The notes under the pieces: model-generated
Seen by the model: only the letters and a program-made list of their open reading frames with translations
Database searches by the model: none
Told to the model about the DNA's origin: nothing
Part shown: piece by piece, positions 10,093 to 18,633 of the stretch
How the letters are laid out: each line of letters starts with the position of its first letter
Position numbering within the stretch: position 1 is the stretch's first letter
From: Candidatus Woesebacteria bacterium RIFCSPHIGHO2_02_FULL_42_20
GTDB taxonomy: Bacteria; Patescibacteriota; Microgenomatia; UBA8517
DNA length: 64,000 nucleotides
Direction of reading: 5' to 3'
Assembly (NCBI GenBank): GCA_001792535.1
Contig: MGGS01000013.1
Coordinates: 692-64,691 of the forward strand
Program-made: the position numbers and the translations under genes

Positions 10093-10806
10093 ATGACTTG
10101 GGAACTCGACCCGGACCTCAGGCAAAGATCCGAAGCCATACTAGAGACAAAATCTGACCGTATAGGTCGTGCGTATTGGGATTCTCGATTGAAAAGAAGC
10201 CTTGACCTAGTGGCATCTGGCATGAGTCTGCCGTTTGCCTCCTTCCCCGTTGTCTTGGGGGGGTTAGCTATCTTAGCTAGCGACAGACACAATCCATTAG
10301 TCGACGTTGGTTACGATCTTTTGGATAGCGGCAGAAAAACCAGACATTACAAAATGAGGACAATGGTACCCAATGCTCAGGTGCTCGAGGCAGAAGTTGT
10401 CGGTGGAATGTTGCTAAAAGATTTCAAAAAAGGAAGAAGAGATCCTAGGGTTACTAGAGTTGGTAAGTTTTTAAGAAAGACAACTCTTGATGAGTTGCCA
10501 CAGCTGATTAATGTTTTACAAGGAGACCTTTCGATGGTTGGACCAAGGATGCCTTCGATGACCGACTGGGGGTATATAAGAGAAAATAGAGATTCGGAGC
10601 CTTATAAAAGTTTTATTGATCTTCTGCATGAGGGGTTGAAAATTGGAGCTACCGGTTTTTACGGAATCATGGGTAGGTCAAATTTAGATATGGGAAATAG
10701 GCTTGGTTTGGATGTTGTTTACGGAGAAAAAGCCAGTTTTAAGGGCGACTTAAGAATAATTGGATTGACTTTCCCGATATTTCTTTCAAGAAATAAAAGC
10801 GCATGA
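10093..10806 (+). CDS. Bacterial sugar transferase (phosphoglycosyl transferase)
   Basis: KRSLDL, YKMRTM and DPRVTRVGKFLRKTTLDELPQLINVLQGDLSMVGPR motifs. Confidence 0.9.
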   Translation: MTWELDPDLRQRSEAILETKSDRIGRAYWDSRLKRSLDLVASGMSLPFASFPVVLGGLAILASDRHNPLVDVGYDLLDSGRKTRHYKMRTMVPNAQVLEAEVVGGMLLKDFKKGRRDPRVTRVGKFLRKTTLDELPQLINVLQGDLSMVGPRMPSMTDWGYIRENRDSEPYKSFIDLLHEGLKIGATGFYGIMGRSNLDMGNRLGLDVVYGEKASFKGDLRIIGLTFPIFLSRNKSA

Positions 10807-10815
10807 TTTTTTAAA

Positions 10816-12309
10816 TTAGACCTTCTCGGTAACGCGGTACTCGATATATTTTCCAAGCATGAGGCGGGTGTGGGCGTCGAGGCCAGGGAGAGCCGAGAAG
10901 AAAAACCCGGCTATTGGCATCAAGACAAATTCCAAAGGCATAAGAACAGCCCTCCACAAGGGAAAGTCTTTGGGTCGCTTGGGTTTATAAATGTTGTCAA
11001 AAATAAGCATGACAACCAAGAATCCCAAAGAAAGGGTTAGGATAAAAGAAGAAATTTTTGGTAGCATAAATCCGATTGTCGTCCTTCCAAAGGTGGGGTT
11101 TAAGAATGTCGGGATGGTAAGCCCCAGCGTGATAATAAACCAGTTGACCGGCCACATAAAATGTGACCATGTTACGTGAACCAGGCGCATTGTTTTATTG
11201 AAAAACGGCACGCTTGGTTTAAGAAAATAATCCCGCATGATCCAGGGATAGTCGGATACTCCCCAGGCCCACCTTCTATATTGTTCATATTGGTTTTTGA
11301 GAGTTTTCCAAAAACTGGTGGACTCGGCGGCGTCGATGTACAAAGGAAGGTAAATAGGCTCGACTTCGACCTCACCGTGGTTGATGTAGAATGCTTTGAA
11401 AAATATGCCCCAGTCCTCCGGAATTTTGTCTGGGTCCCAATAGCCGGATTCGTGGAGCAACTTAAACGAAAGGCTGTAGTTTGCTTGGTTCAAGAGCCTG
11501 TCCCGACGCGGGAGAATTGACAAATTCCAAATTGACCCCATTGTATTTTGTATACGAGTGATTGCCGGGAGTCGCCAAATGTTGTTGTAGTAAAGTATTG
11601 CCGCTTGCCAAAACATTAAATGCCTTTTGGGATTGTCTAAAAATTTGTAAGTAAGACACGCAAAGTGATTTGGGTGGTAAACGTGGTCGGCGTCGCAACT
11701 GGTGACTGTTAAATAATTTATGTCCATTTTTTGTTTATTAATCAGTTCGTTGTATACCCAGATAGCGGCGTACCTCTCGTTGCTTGCTTTACCGACAATC
11801 TCGCCCTTGGCTAGTTCGTGGACAGTGACGAAGAAGTTTGCAAATTTTTTGCCAAAAGTCTTTTGAAGATGGTTTGCTTTTTTAGTTCTTTCGCCTTCCT
11901 CTTCTCTCACTTCCATTGCCAATGCAACCGAGATTTGTTTTAAGGGTAAGGTTTGATTCACTATGGCATTAAAAGTTCGCTCTAGGGTGTGAAGTGGTTC
12001 TTTGTAGGTGGTTAGGATAATCACATTGTGGACTTTTTTCCAATCCGGAAAGCTTTTGACGTCGGCTGTCCAGTCAAACCTCATTGCGGCCTGAATTCTG
12101 AAATGAGAGATAAAAGAGCTAATGGCAATCTGAAATGACTGGTAAAACCAGTAAATGTCAAAAAATAAAATGTAATACGCCGCGACAAACGGCATAACAA
12201 AAATTCCCCAATAGGGAAAAAGTATCAAGTTCCATGAAACAAGCCCTGGAACTATCTCAAAAAAACGTAGAAATCGCTTCTCGTGTTTAGCTATAAATTG
12301 TTTGACCAT
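10816..12309 (-). CDS. Membrane GT2 glycosyltransferase (processive type)
   Basis: DADH, PEDW and QYRRW motifs with flanking TMs. Confidence 0.82.
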   Translation of the reverse strand: MVKQFIAKHEKRFLRFFEIVPGLVSWNLILFPYWGIFVMPFVAAYYILFFDIYWFYQSFQIAISSFISHFRIQAAMRFDWTADVKSFPDWKKVHNVIILTTYKEPLHTLERTFNAIVNQTLPLKQISVALAMEVREEEGERTKKANHLQKTFGKKFANFFVTVHELAKGEIVGKASNERYAAIWVYNELINKQKMDINYLTVTSCDADHVYHPNHFACLTYKFLDNPKRHLMFWQAAILYYNNIWRLPAITRIQNTMGSIWNLSILPRRDRLLNQANYSLSFKLLHESGYWDPDKIPEDWGIFFKAFYINHGEVEVEPIYLPLYIDAAESTSFWKTLKNQYEQYRRWAWGVSDYPWIMRDYFLKPSVPFFNKTMRLVHVTWSHFMWPVNWFIITLGLTIPTFLNPTFGRTTIGFMLPKISSFILTLSLGFLVVMLIFDNIYKPKRPKDFPLWRAVLMPLEFVLMPIAGFFFSALPGLDAHTRLMLGKYIEYRVTEKV

Positions 12310-12319
12310 GGAGCTAGGT

Positions 12320-13771
12320 CTATTTTAGTCGAGGGAACAATATTTCTCCACTTTTTACTTTAGGGCCAGAAAAAATTTTCAGGATTTTTTCCGAAGTTTT
12401 GGGGAGGAAGGGTTGAAGGCCAAAAGCAATGTGCTTTATTTGCCTAACGTATCCAGGTATCTTATCTAAATTTTTCCCCTCCCAAGGTTGGTCGACATTG
12501 ATATCTCTGTCAATTTCAGTGATATCTCTCCACAACTCTTCAAGTGCTAAGTTGAACTCGAAGTTTTCCAAATGAATATGATAGCCCCCGAGTTCTGAAG
12601 AGGTTGGTAAGCGTGATTTTATTGGGTTTATTATTACATTGTTTATTTCGCAAAGTTTGGCAACTCTTGCGACTAAGTTTCCCAAACCATTTGCTAAATC
12701 GGAGTTGTAGACCTCCTTAAATTTATTTTCGGAAAAATCTCCATCACTAAAAGGTGAGAATTTAGCTAATAGATAATAACGCAACCCGTCTACAGTAGCA
12801 TTATTTCCTACGAGTTTTGAATATCTTTCGATTAATTCTTCAGGATCAACAACGTTACCTAAAGTTTTGGACATCTTTTGTCCATTTACTGTAAAGTACT
12901 CATGAATAAAAATTTTCTTGGGTAGCTCTAATCCTGCCGATAAAAGAAACGCTGGCCAATAAATGCTATGAAATCTAAGTATACCCTTTCCGATAACATG
13001 AAGGTCCGCAGGCCAAAGTTTTTTATATTTTTGGTCGTCCCAGCCAAAGCCAATTCCACTTTGATAGATGTTCAAGGCATCGAACCAGACATACATCCTT
13101 TGTGTGCTGTCGCCTGGGACTGGTACGCCCCAGTTTCTGGCGCGTTCGTTTGTGCGCGATATACTTATATCCTCAAGTTTTCCAGACAAAAATGATAGTA
13201 CTTCATTTCTTCTTTTATCAGGAATAATCTCGAGTTTATTTGATTGAATTAAGTCGACTAGCCGTTTTTGATATTTTGATAAAGCAAAGAAGTAATTGCT
13301 TTCCTCGACCTTCTCAAGCTTTTTGCCAGGATGTTCAAAACATTCCCCTTTGTCGTTTAGTTCGCCGGTAGCATAAAAAGTTTCGCAGCCGACACAATAT
13401 AAACCTTTGTATTGTTTTTGATAAATATCCTTTTTGCAAAGTTCCCAAAGTTTCTGACTTGAACGATAATGGTTTTTTTGATCACTCCCTTTTTGCCAAA
13501 TGTCATACTTAGCATTTAATTTAATTGCCAATCTTTCAAATAAACTATTGTTTCTATCGACAAATTCTTGTACAGGTGTCCCTTCTTTTTCAGCGGCCTG
13601 TACATTTTTAAGCGCATTTTCGTCTCCTCCACAAAGTTTAGTTATATTATTTCTGAGGAGTTTATAGTATCGAGCTATGACATCGGTTTGGACGAACTCT
13701 AGAGCATGGCCAATATGCGGCTTGGCGTTAACATAAGGGATTGCGCTGGTTATATAAAATTTCTTGCCCAT
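12320..13771 (-). CDS. metG: Methionine--tRNA ligase (short form)
   Basis: IPYVNAKPHIGH, YVWFDAL and KMSKTLGN motifs. Confidence 0.96.
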   Translation of the reverse strand: MGKKFYITSAIPYVNAKPHIGHALEFVQTDVIARYYKLLRNNITKLCGGDENALKNVQAAEKEGTPVQEFVDRNNSLFERLAIKLNAKYDIWQKGSDQKNHYRSSQKLWELCKKDIYQKQYKGLYCVGCETFYATGELNDKGECFEHPGKKLEKVEESNYFFALSKYQKRLVDLIQSNKLEIIPDKRRNEVLSFLSGKLEDISISRTNERARNWGVPVPGDSTQRMYVWFDALNIYQSGIGFGWDDQKYKKLWPADLHVIGKGILRFHSIYWPAFLLSAGLELPKKIFIHEYFTVNGQKMSKTLGNVVDPEELIERYSKLVGNNATVDGLRYYLLAKFSPFSDGDFSENKFKEVYNSDLANGLGNLVARVAKLCEINNVIINPIKSRLPTSSELGGYHIHLENFEFNLALEELWRDITEIDRDINVDQPWEGKNLDKIPGYVRQIKHIAFGLQPFLPKTSEKILKIFSGPKVKSGEILFPRLK

Positions 13772-13780
13772 AAGAGTATT

Positions 13781-14575
13781 CTACAACAATCTAATTTTAT
13801 CTCCGACTTTTAAATTCAATTTAAATGCTGCGCTGCCAACTCGGTTTTGGGTGGCAAGTTCTATAAAACGCTGGTTTCCAATTCCCGAACTGCCAATATA
13901 GAAAGCTGTTTCGCCGTCGGGAACGTCTTTGAGTCTTTGGTAAAATTTGAATTTTTTAGTTAATTTTTTTACCTCGCAATCCAGGAGTGTCGTTTTGGCA
14001 TTTCCGAATGAATCAATATACCAGATACAAACTGGCACATCTGCAATTTGATTGATTGATATGGGTAGAGATGGGATTTTACGACCGTCCCAGAGCCACC
14101 TGCTGGCCCATGGGGTAAAGTCAAAGCTTCGAAACTGGGATTTCACAACTCTCTCGCTCGTTGTTTGACTAATTAAACTACGTTCGATCGCAAAGTCAAT
14201 TACTTTTGAAATATCAAGCAGATATATTTCCTCTACTAAATTTAGTTTTTTGACAAGTGACAGGTTGTAACCCTTTATTGTGGAAACGACTAAAGTATTT
14301 TTGTACCAGAAGTAACAGAATCTTGAGCCGTTTTCTCCATCGTCTTTGGTTTGCCCGCGGGGGGCGACATTTAGCAAAATCACACCTTCGCTTCCTTCCG
14401 AAGCGTCTAAAATATCGACTAAATTTCCTGCAGCCTCGAGGGTAGAAGCGGTTTCCAGATTACTGTCTACTCCCACAAATGAAATGAGCGTGTTAGGAAA
14501 CAGGCAAGCCCAGCGCGTTTCTTGGCGCCCTATGTCATTCTCGCTTTTACAATCGTTAATTATGGTGATAAACAT
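13781..14575 (-). CDS. SAM hydroxide adenosyltransferase / chlorinase-fluorinase (DUF62) family-like protein
   Basis: N-terminal ITIIND, QFRSFDF (compare TFHGRD), YIDSFGNAKT, IGSSG...IELA and AAFKLNLKVGDKI match the DUF62 layout. Confidence 0.7.
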   Translation of the reverse strand: MFITIINDCKSENDIGRQETRWACLFPNTLISFVGVDSNLETASTLEAAGNLVDILDASEGSEGVILLNVAPRGQTKDDGENGSRFCYFWYKNTLVVSTIKGYNLSLVKKLNLVEEIYLLDISKVIDFAIERSLISQTTSERVVKSQFRSFDFTPWASRWLWDGRKIPSLPISINQIADVPVCIWYIDSFGNAKTTLLDCEVKKLTKKFKFYQRLKDVPDGETAFYIGSSGIGNQRFIELATQNRVGSAAFKLNLKVGDKIRLL

Positions 14576-14596
14576 AAAAAAACCTCCTTTTGGAGG
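14576..14596 (-). terminator. Attenuator terminator hairpin that also sequesters the SD
   Basis: Minus strand CCUCC-AAAA-GGAGG-UUUUUUU directly before ATG 14575. Confidence 0.7.
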
Positions 14597-14625
14597 CCGG
14601 TTCCCAAAGGAAATAAAACCTCCGA

Positions 14626-14667
14626 CTAGGAAGTTTCCATTTCCATCATCATCTGTTTTTGGGTCAT
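14626..14667 (-). CDS. Met-rich attenuator leader peptide MTQKQMMMEMETS
   Basis: 13-codon ORF with 5 Met codons. TAGAAT lies 7 nt upstream, and mutually exclusive hairpins follow it, upstream of the DUF62 gene and metG. Confidence 0.8.
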   Translation of the reverse strand: MTQKQMMMEMETS

Positions 14668-14689
14668 TTGGATTATTCTAACCGATAAA

Positions 14690-15073
14690 TTATTTTTTGA
14701 CAATCTTTTTGATTCTCTCGGCCCATCTATTTGCCCACTCATCCGACTCGATCTTTTTAATTGCAAGCATGAAACCTGGCTTTTTGAGCATTTCCGAAAC
14801 AGTCGCTATGGTAGCGCTTGAAACCTTAAGGTTCTTTTTTATATTTTCATAATTTCTTTTTTTTGCTAGCCAGTATCCGATGGCAAGCCTTTTTGTAAAA
14901 AGAATTTGTTCGGTTTCGGTCAGGAAGTCTTTAATAAAAGAAATTGACTCCCCGGGTGTTTTTAAATCAGTAATCAGTTGGGCAAAAACAGTAGTTATTT
15001 CTTTTTCTAACGATTTGTTTAATTTTTCTTTCGCAGTGCGCATGAACCCTTTAATTTGAGTGAAGTATATCAA
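14690..15073 (-). CDS. TrpR-like (YerC/YecD) helix-turn-helix protein
   Basis: DFLTETE..KRLAI..YENIKKNLKVSSATIATV pattern. Confidence 0.75.
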   Translation of the reverse strand: MIYFTQIKGFMRTAKEKLNKSLEKEITTVFAQLITDLKTPGESISFIKDFLTETEQILFTKRLAIGYWLAKKRNYENIKKNLKVSSATIATVSEMLKKPGFMLAIKKIESDEWANRWAERIKKIVKK

Positions 15074-15399
15074 CTTGGCTTTCGAAAGTAAAACTCAAAA
15101 GCAACCACTATTCCGGTAATCAGAATGAGATTTAAAATATTGCCTATCCCTATTATTCTCAAGATCAAAAACAACGTTATTGCACTCGAAATAACTATTC
15201 CTTTTCCGGTATTGAGTAATAAAATTGAGAGTGTAAAAAGCATCGCAAGGAAAAAATTAGTAATAAAAAGGCTTACTAAAAGATTGTTATCCGGCCTGGT
15301 AAAGAAAAGCAGCGACAAAAATGATAACCAGAGCAAGATTGTGATAACAGTGCTTAGTTTTGCTTTTTTCGAAGCATCTATTTGCCTTTTTGGTTTCAT
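15070..15399 (-). CDS. Hypothetical membrane protein
   Basis: Four hydrophobic segments; overlaps the downstream gene start. Confidence 0.6.
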   Translation of the reverse strand: MKPKRQIDASKKAKLSTVITILLWLSFLSLLFFTRPDNNLLVSLFITNFFLAMLFTLSILLLNTGKGIVISSAITLFLILRIIGIGNILNLILITGIVVAFEFYFRKPS

Positions 15400-15444
15400 A
15401 CCTTTTTCATTTTAGCCTTTTTACCGATATAATTTGAATTGAAC

Positions 15445-16416
15445 ATGAACGAAGTACTCCTTTTTGTGACTGTTTTGATAGGCTTTGTCGTATTAGGCTA
15501 TTATGTTAATCGCAAACTTTCGGAGTTTGGTGACAAACAAAAACCAGCGGATGAATTACTTGAGTATCTGCGTACTACCAATACCCGTCTCGATGAACAA
15601 GGTAAAAACTTTAATGCCAGGCTAGATAACGCGGCCAAGGTGATTTCCGATGTTCAGAAAAACATTGGTGAAATGAGCGAAATTGGCCGAAGCATGCGCG
15701 ATTTACAAGAGTTTCTTAAAAGCCCCAAGCTACGCGGCAATGTCGGCGAGCATGTATTAAATGAGCTCTTGGGTCAAATGTTGCCTAAGCAATCCTTTCA
15801 TCTGCAGTATTCTTTTAAGTCGGGAGAAAAGGTAGATGCTGCTATCAAAACAACGGCCGGGATTATTCCGATTGATTCGAAGTTTCCGATGGAGAACTTT
15901 CGCAGAATGATGACGGCGGATTCTGATGCGGCAAAAAAAGATGCAGCGAGGCAGTTTGTAAAAGATGTCAAAAAACACATAGACGACATATCCCAAAAAT
16001 ACATTTTGACCGAAGAGGGGACTATCGATTATGCCTTGATGTATGTGCCCTCGGAAGCCGTTTATTATGAAATTGTGAATGACGCCGGTCTTTTTGATTA
16101 TTCGGGAACAAAAAGGGTATTACCGGTTTCGCCCACTACTTTCTATGCCTATCTTAGGGCGATTTTAATGAGTTTCGAAGGCCAAAAAATTGAATCGAAA
16201 GCAAAAGAAGTACTCGCCTCAATCCGAGCTATTCAAAAAGATTATGCAAAAGTGGATGACAATTTATCTGTTTTGCGCAAACACATACGCAACTCGTATA
16301 AGTCGCTGTCGGGTTTACAAGTCTCTTTTTCGGCCTTGGGTAGTAAAATTTCCTCTGCGGGTAAACTGGAAAACAGGGATGGCAAAAGTCTAGGAGATTC
16401 ACAAGATGAAGAGTAG
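15445..16416 (+). CDS. rmuC: DNA recombination protein RmuC family
   Basis: N-terminal TM and coiled coil; RGNVGE, IDSKFP, KYI, YVPSE and SPTT motifs. Confidence 0.9.
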   Translation: MNEVLLFVTVLIGFVVLGYYVNRKLSEFGDKQKPADELLEYLRTTNTRLDEQGKNFNARLDNAAKVISDVQKNIGEMSEIGRSMRDLQEFLKSPKLRGNVGEHVLNELLGQMLPKQSFHLQYSFKSGEKVDAAIKTTAGIIPIDSKFPMENFRRMMTADSDAAKKDAARQFVKDVKKHIDDISQKYILTEEGTIDYALMYVPSEAVYYEIVNDAGLFDYSGTKRVLPVSPTTFYAYLRAILMSFEGQKIESKAKEVLASIRAIQKDYAKVDDNLSVLRKHIRNSYKSLSGLQVSFSALGSKISSAGKLENRDGKSLGDSQDEE

Positions 16417-17074
16417 TAATAAATTTTCTTCAAAACTTATTTTAATACCAACCTTGCTTGTGGTTGCCATTTCTTTTTTGATTTTAACTATTTCTGGATT
16501 TAACTACGACAACCTTTCAGGACTTGTAACTTCTTACGGTGTTTTAGGGGCCGTGTTCTATATGGCCCTTGGTGTTTTGAGTATAGTCTTGGCGCCGACG
16601 TCGACAATTCCGCTTTGGCCGGTAGTACTCGGAGCTTACGGCTTCTGGGTTGCAGTTATTTTGACTTGGGTTAGTGGTATTGTGGGTGCGATTGTTAATT
16701 ATTATATAGCCAAAATATTTGGCCGACCGGTTGTAAAAAAACTAATTGGTGAAAAAGCTTTATCGGAGGTTGATAGGATAGCTGGAATTGTCGGTTGGAA
16801 AGGTTTGGTGGTTGTTCGAACGATCGGTAATGCTTCTTTTGATTATGCTTCATACGCATTTGGATTAGCGAAGTATAATTTTAAAAGTTATCTTGCAGTT
16901 ACGGCAATTACAACTTTTTTTTGGGATGCAGCTGTTTTCTTTTTTTTAGGCAAAGCTATATCTTTAACCCTAATTCCGTCAATTGCAGTGATGATAGGCA
17001 TGTATTTTTTAGCCGTATTTATAGGTGTTAAAGTTTGGCGGTACTACCTCAAAGTTGAAAAGAAGAGTAAATAA
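16406..17074 (+). CDS. TVP38/TMEM64 (VTT/DedA) membrane protein
   Basis: GAIVNYYIAKIFGR and FDYASYAFGL motifs. Confidence 0.8.
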   Translation: MKSSNKFSSKLILIPTLLVVAISFLILTISGFNYDNLSGLVTSYGVLGAVFYMALGVLSIVLAPTSTIPLWPVVLGAYGFWVAVILTWVSGIVGAIVNYYIAKIFGRPVVKKLIGEKALSEVDRIAGIVGWKGLVVVRTIGNASFDYASYAFGLAKYNFKSYLAVTAITTFFWDAAVFFFLGKAISLTLIPSIAVMIGMYFLAVFIGVKVWRYYLKVEKKSK

Positions 17075-17193
17075 AAGAGAGTAAAAGTTGCGGAAGGGAA
17101 AACGGGAACAAACTTACCTTGGTGTATTTTAGAATTCGTGGTCTCCATGATGATTGTTGACAGGTATTTTTTCTACTGATAGTATTACAGTGT

Positions 17194-17442
17194 ATGAACG
17201 GCAAGCAAATAAAAAGAAAGACCAAGGTGGTATCGATCTCGCTTGATCCTGAGGTTTTGGTACTGGTTGATAAACTTAGGAAGGAAGACAGTCAAGACCG
17301 AAGCAGTTTTATAAATTCAATTGTTAAAAAACAGGCTTTATGGCAGGAGTTCAAAAAACTGCAAGAATACGGTCGCGAAAAGGCCAAAAAGTTCAAAATA
17401 ACCTCAGAGGAAGATGTTTACAGGATCATGGGTGATGCATGA
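17194..17442 (+). CDS. Ribbon-helix-helix antitoxin (CopG-like)
   Basis: VVSISLDPEV RHH pattern; ITSEEDV C-terminus; overlaps the PIN gene. Confidence 0.8.
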   Translation: MNGKQIKRKTKVVSISLDPEVLVLVDKLRKEDSQDRSSFINSIVKKQALWQEFKKLQEYGREKAKKFKITSEEDVYRIMGDA

Positions 17443-17846
17443 AGGTTGTTTGCGATACCAATATCTATATCTCTTTCCTTAAGTTTGGAGGTAAGGCTGA
17501 AATACTTTTGGAGCACGCTTTTAAGGGTGAATTTGATTTGGTTATATCGCCTGAAATTATTAAAGAAACTGCTGATGTCCTTAAAAAGAAGTTCGGCTGG
17601 GATAATGAGAAAGTTAGTAGGTCTATCATGGTTATGACTAATGCGAGTCAGGTTGTAAAACCTACAAAGAAGATAGAAAAAATTAAAACCGATAAATCTG
17701 ACAATAAAATCTTAGAATGTGCAGTTGAAGGGAAGGCCGATTATATTGTTACTGGTGATAAAAAACATTTACTTCCCCTTAAAAAATTCAAAGGAATTCC
17801 AATTTATTCCCCGCAGGAATTTTTGAAAAAGGTTCTATATAATTAG
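17439..17846 (+). CDS. PIN-domain toxin
   Basis: VVCDTNI, DNKILECA and ADYIVTGDKKHLL motifs. Confidence 0.9.
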   Translation: MKVVCDTNIYISFLKFGGKAEILLEHAFKGEFDLVISPEIIKETADVLKKKFGWDNEKVSRSIMVMTNASQVVKPTKKIEKIKTDKSDNKILECAVEGKADYIVTGDKKHLLPLKKFKGIPIYSPQEFLKKVLYN

Positions 17847-17855
17847 TCTGGATTT

Positions 17856-17918
17856 ATGAAATACAGAACTCTTGGGAAAACAGGATTGAAGGTATCGGAA
17901 GTTGGAATGAGCACTTAG
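17856..17918 (+). pseudogene. Aldo/keto reductase N-terminal stub (copy 1)
   Basis: MKYRTLGKTGLKVSEVGMST* resembles the AKR start MxYRxLGKTGLKVSxIGxGTW. Confidence 0.7.
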
Positions 17919-17967
17919 CAATTGACAAAAATGTTCATGATGTATATTATAAAAACATACAAATGAA

Positions 17968-18273
17968 ATGGCAAGGAGGAGCGGGGATTATTTTGAGTTT
18001 GATTGGGACAAAGGAAATAAAGACAAAAATTGGGTTAGACATCGAGTTTCTAACCAACAGGCGGAGCAAATTTTTGTAGATAAGTTTGCTTTTGTTACGC
18101 CCGACGTAAAACATTCGACTATCGAGCCCAGATATCAGATTTTAGGACAGACTTTTGCAGGTAGATATTTAGCCGTTTATTACACATTAAGAGGAATTAA
18201 AATCAGAATAATCTCAGCTAGGCCGATGAACAAAAAAGAAAGAACACAACATGAAAAGCAAAAAGAAATTTAA
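17968..18273 (+). CDS. BrnT family toxin
   Basis: FDWDKGNKDKN, HS..EPRY and IRIISARPM motifs. Confidence 0.9.
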   Translation: MARRSGDYFEFDWDKGNKDKNWVRHRVSNQQAEQIFVDKFAFVTPDVKHSTIEPRYQILGQTFAGRYLAVYYTLRGIKIRIISARPMNKKERTQHEKQKEI

Positions 18274-18547
18274 GACCGTACCGAAATTTAAGAATGAGGA
18301 TGAAGAAAGGGACTTTTGGGATAAAGCAGACTCTTCAGAGTATTTTGATTGGAGTAAGGGTCATCGTGCCAAATTTCCCAACCTGAAACTTTCGACGGAG
18401 ACAATTTCCTTACGTGTTCCAAAGGGGTTATTGGATGATATTAAAATTCAAGCAAACAAGCGTGATGTTCCCTATCAGTCTTTAATTAAAATTTATCTGG
18501 ATGAGGCGCTTCGTATTGACCAAAGAGAAAAAATCTTGAGGAGATAG
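18251..18547 (+). CDS. BrnA/CopG-type antitoxin
   Basis: PKFKNEDEERDFW, ISLRV and VPYQSLIK motifs. Confidence 0.88.
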   Translation: MKSKKKFKTVPKFKNEDEERDFWDKADSSEYFDWSKGHRAKFPNLKLSTETISLRVPKGLLDDIKIQANKRDVPYQSLIKIYLDEALRIDQREKILRR

Positions 18548-18562
18548 CTTGTTTTGGTTCAG

Positions 18563-18625
18563 ATGAAATACAAAACTCTTGGTAAAACTGGATTGAAAGT
18601 TTTGGGGGTTGGAATAGGGGTGTGA
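18563..18625 (+). pseudogene. Aldo/keto reductase N-terminal stub (copy 2)
   Basis: MKYKTLGKTGLKVLGVGIGV*; imperfect direct repeat of 17856-17918. Confidence 0.7.
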
Positions 18626-18633
18626 AAGTTGAC

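Noticed and set aside
14576-14690. SAM riboswitch or T-box upstream of metG
   Set aside because: Region is too short and lacks S-box or T-box consensus; the leader-peptide model fits better
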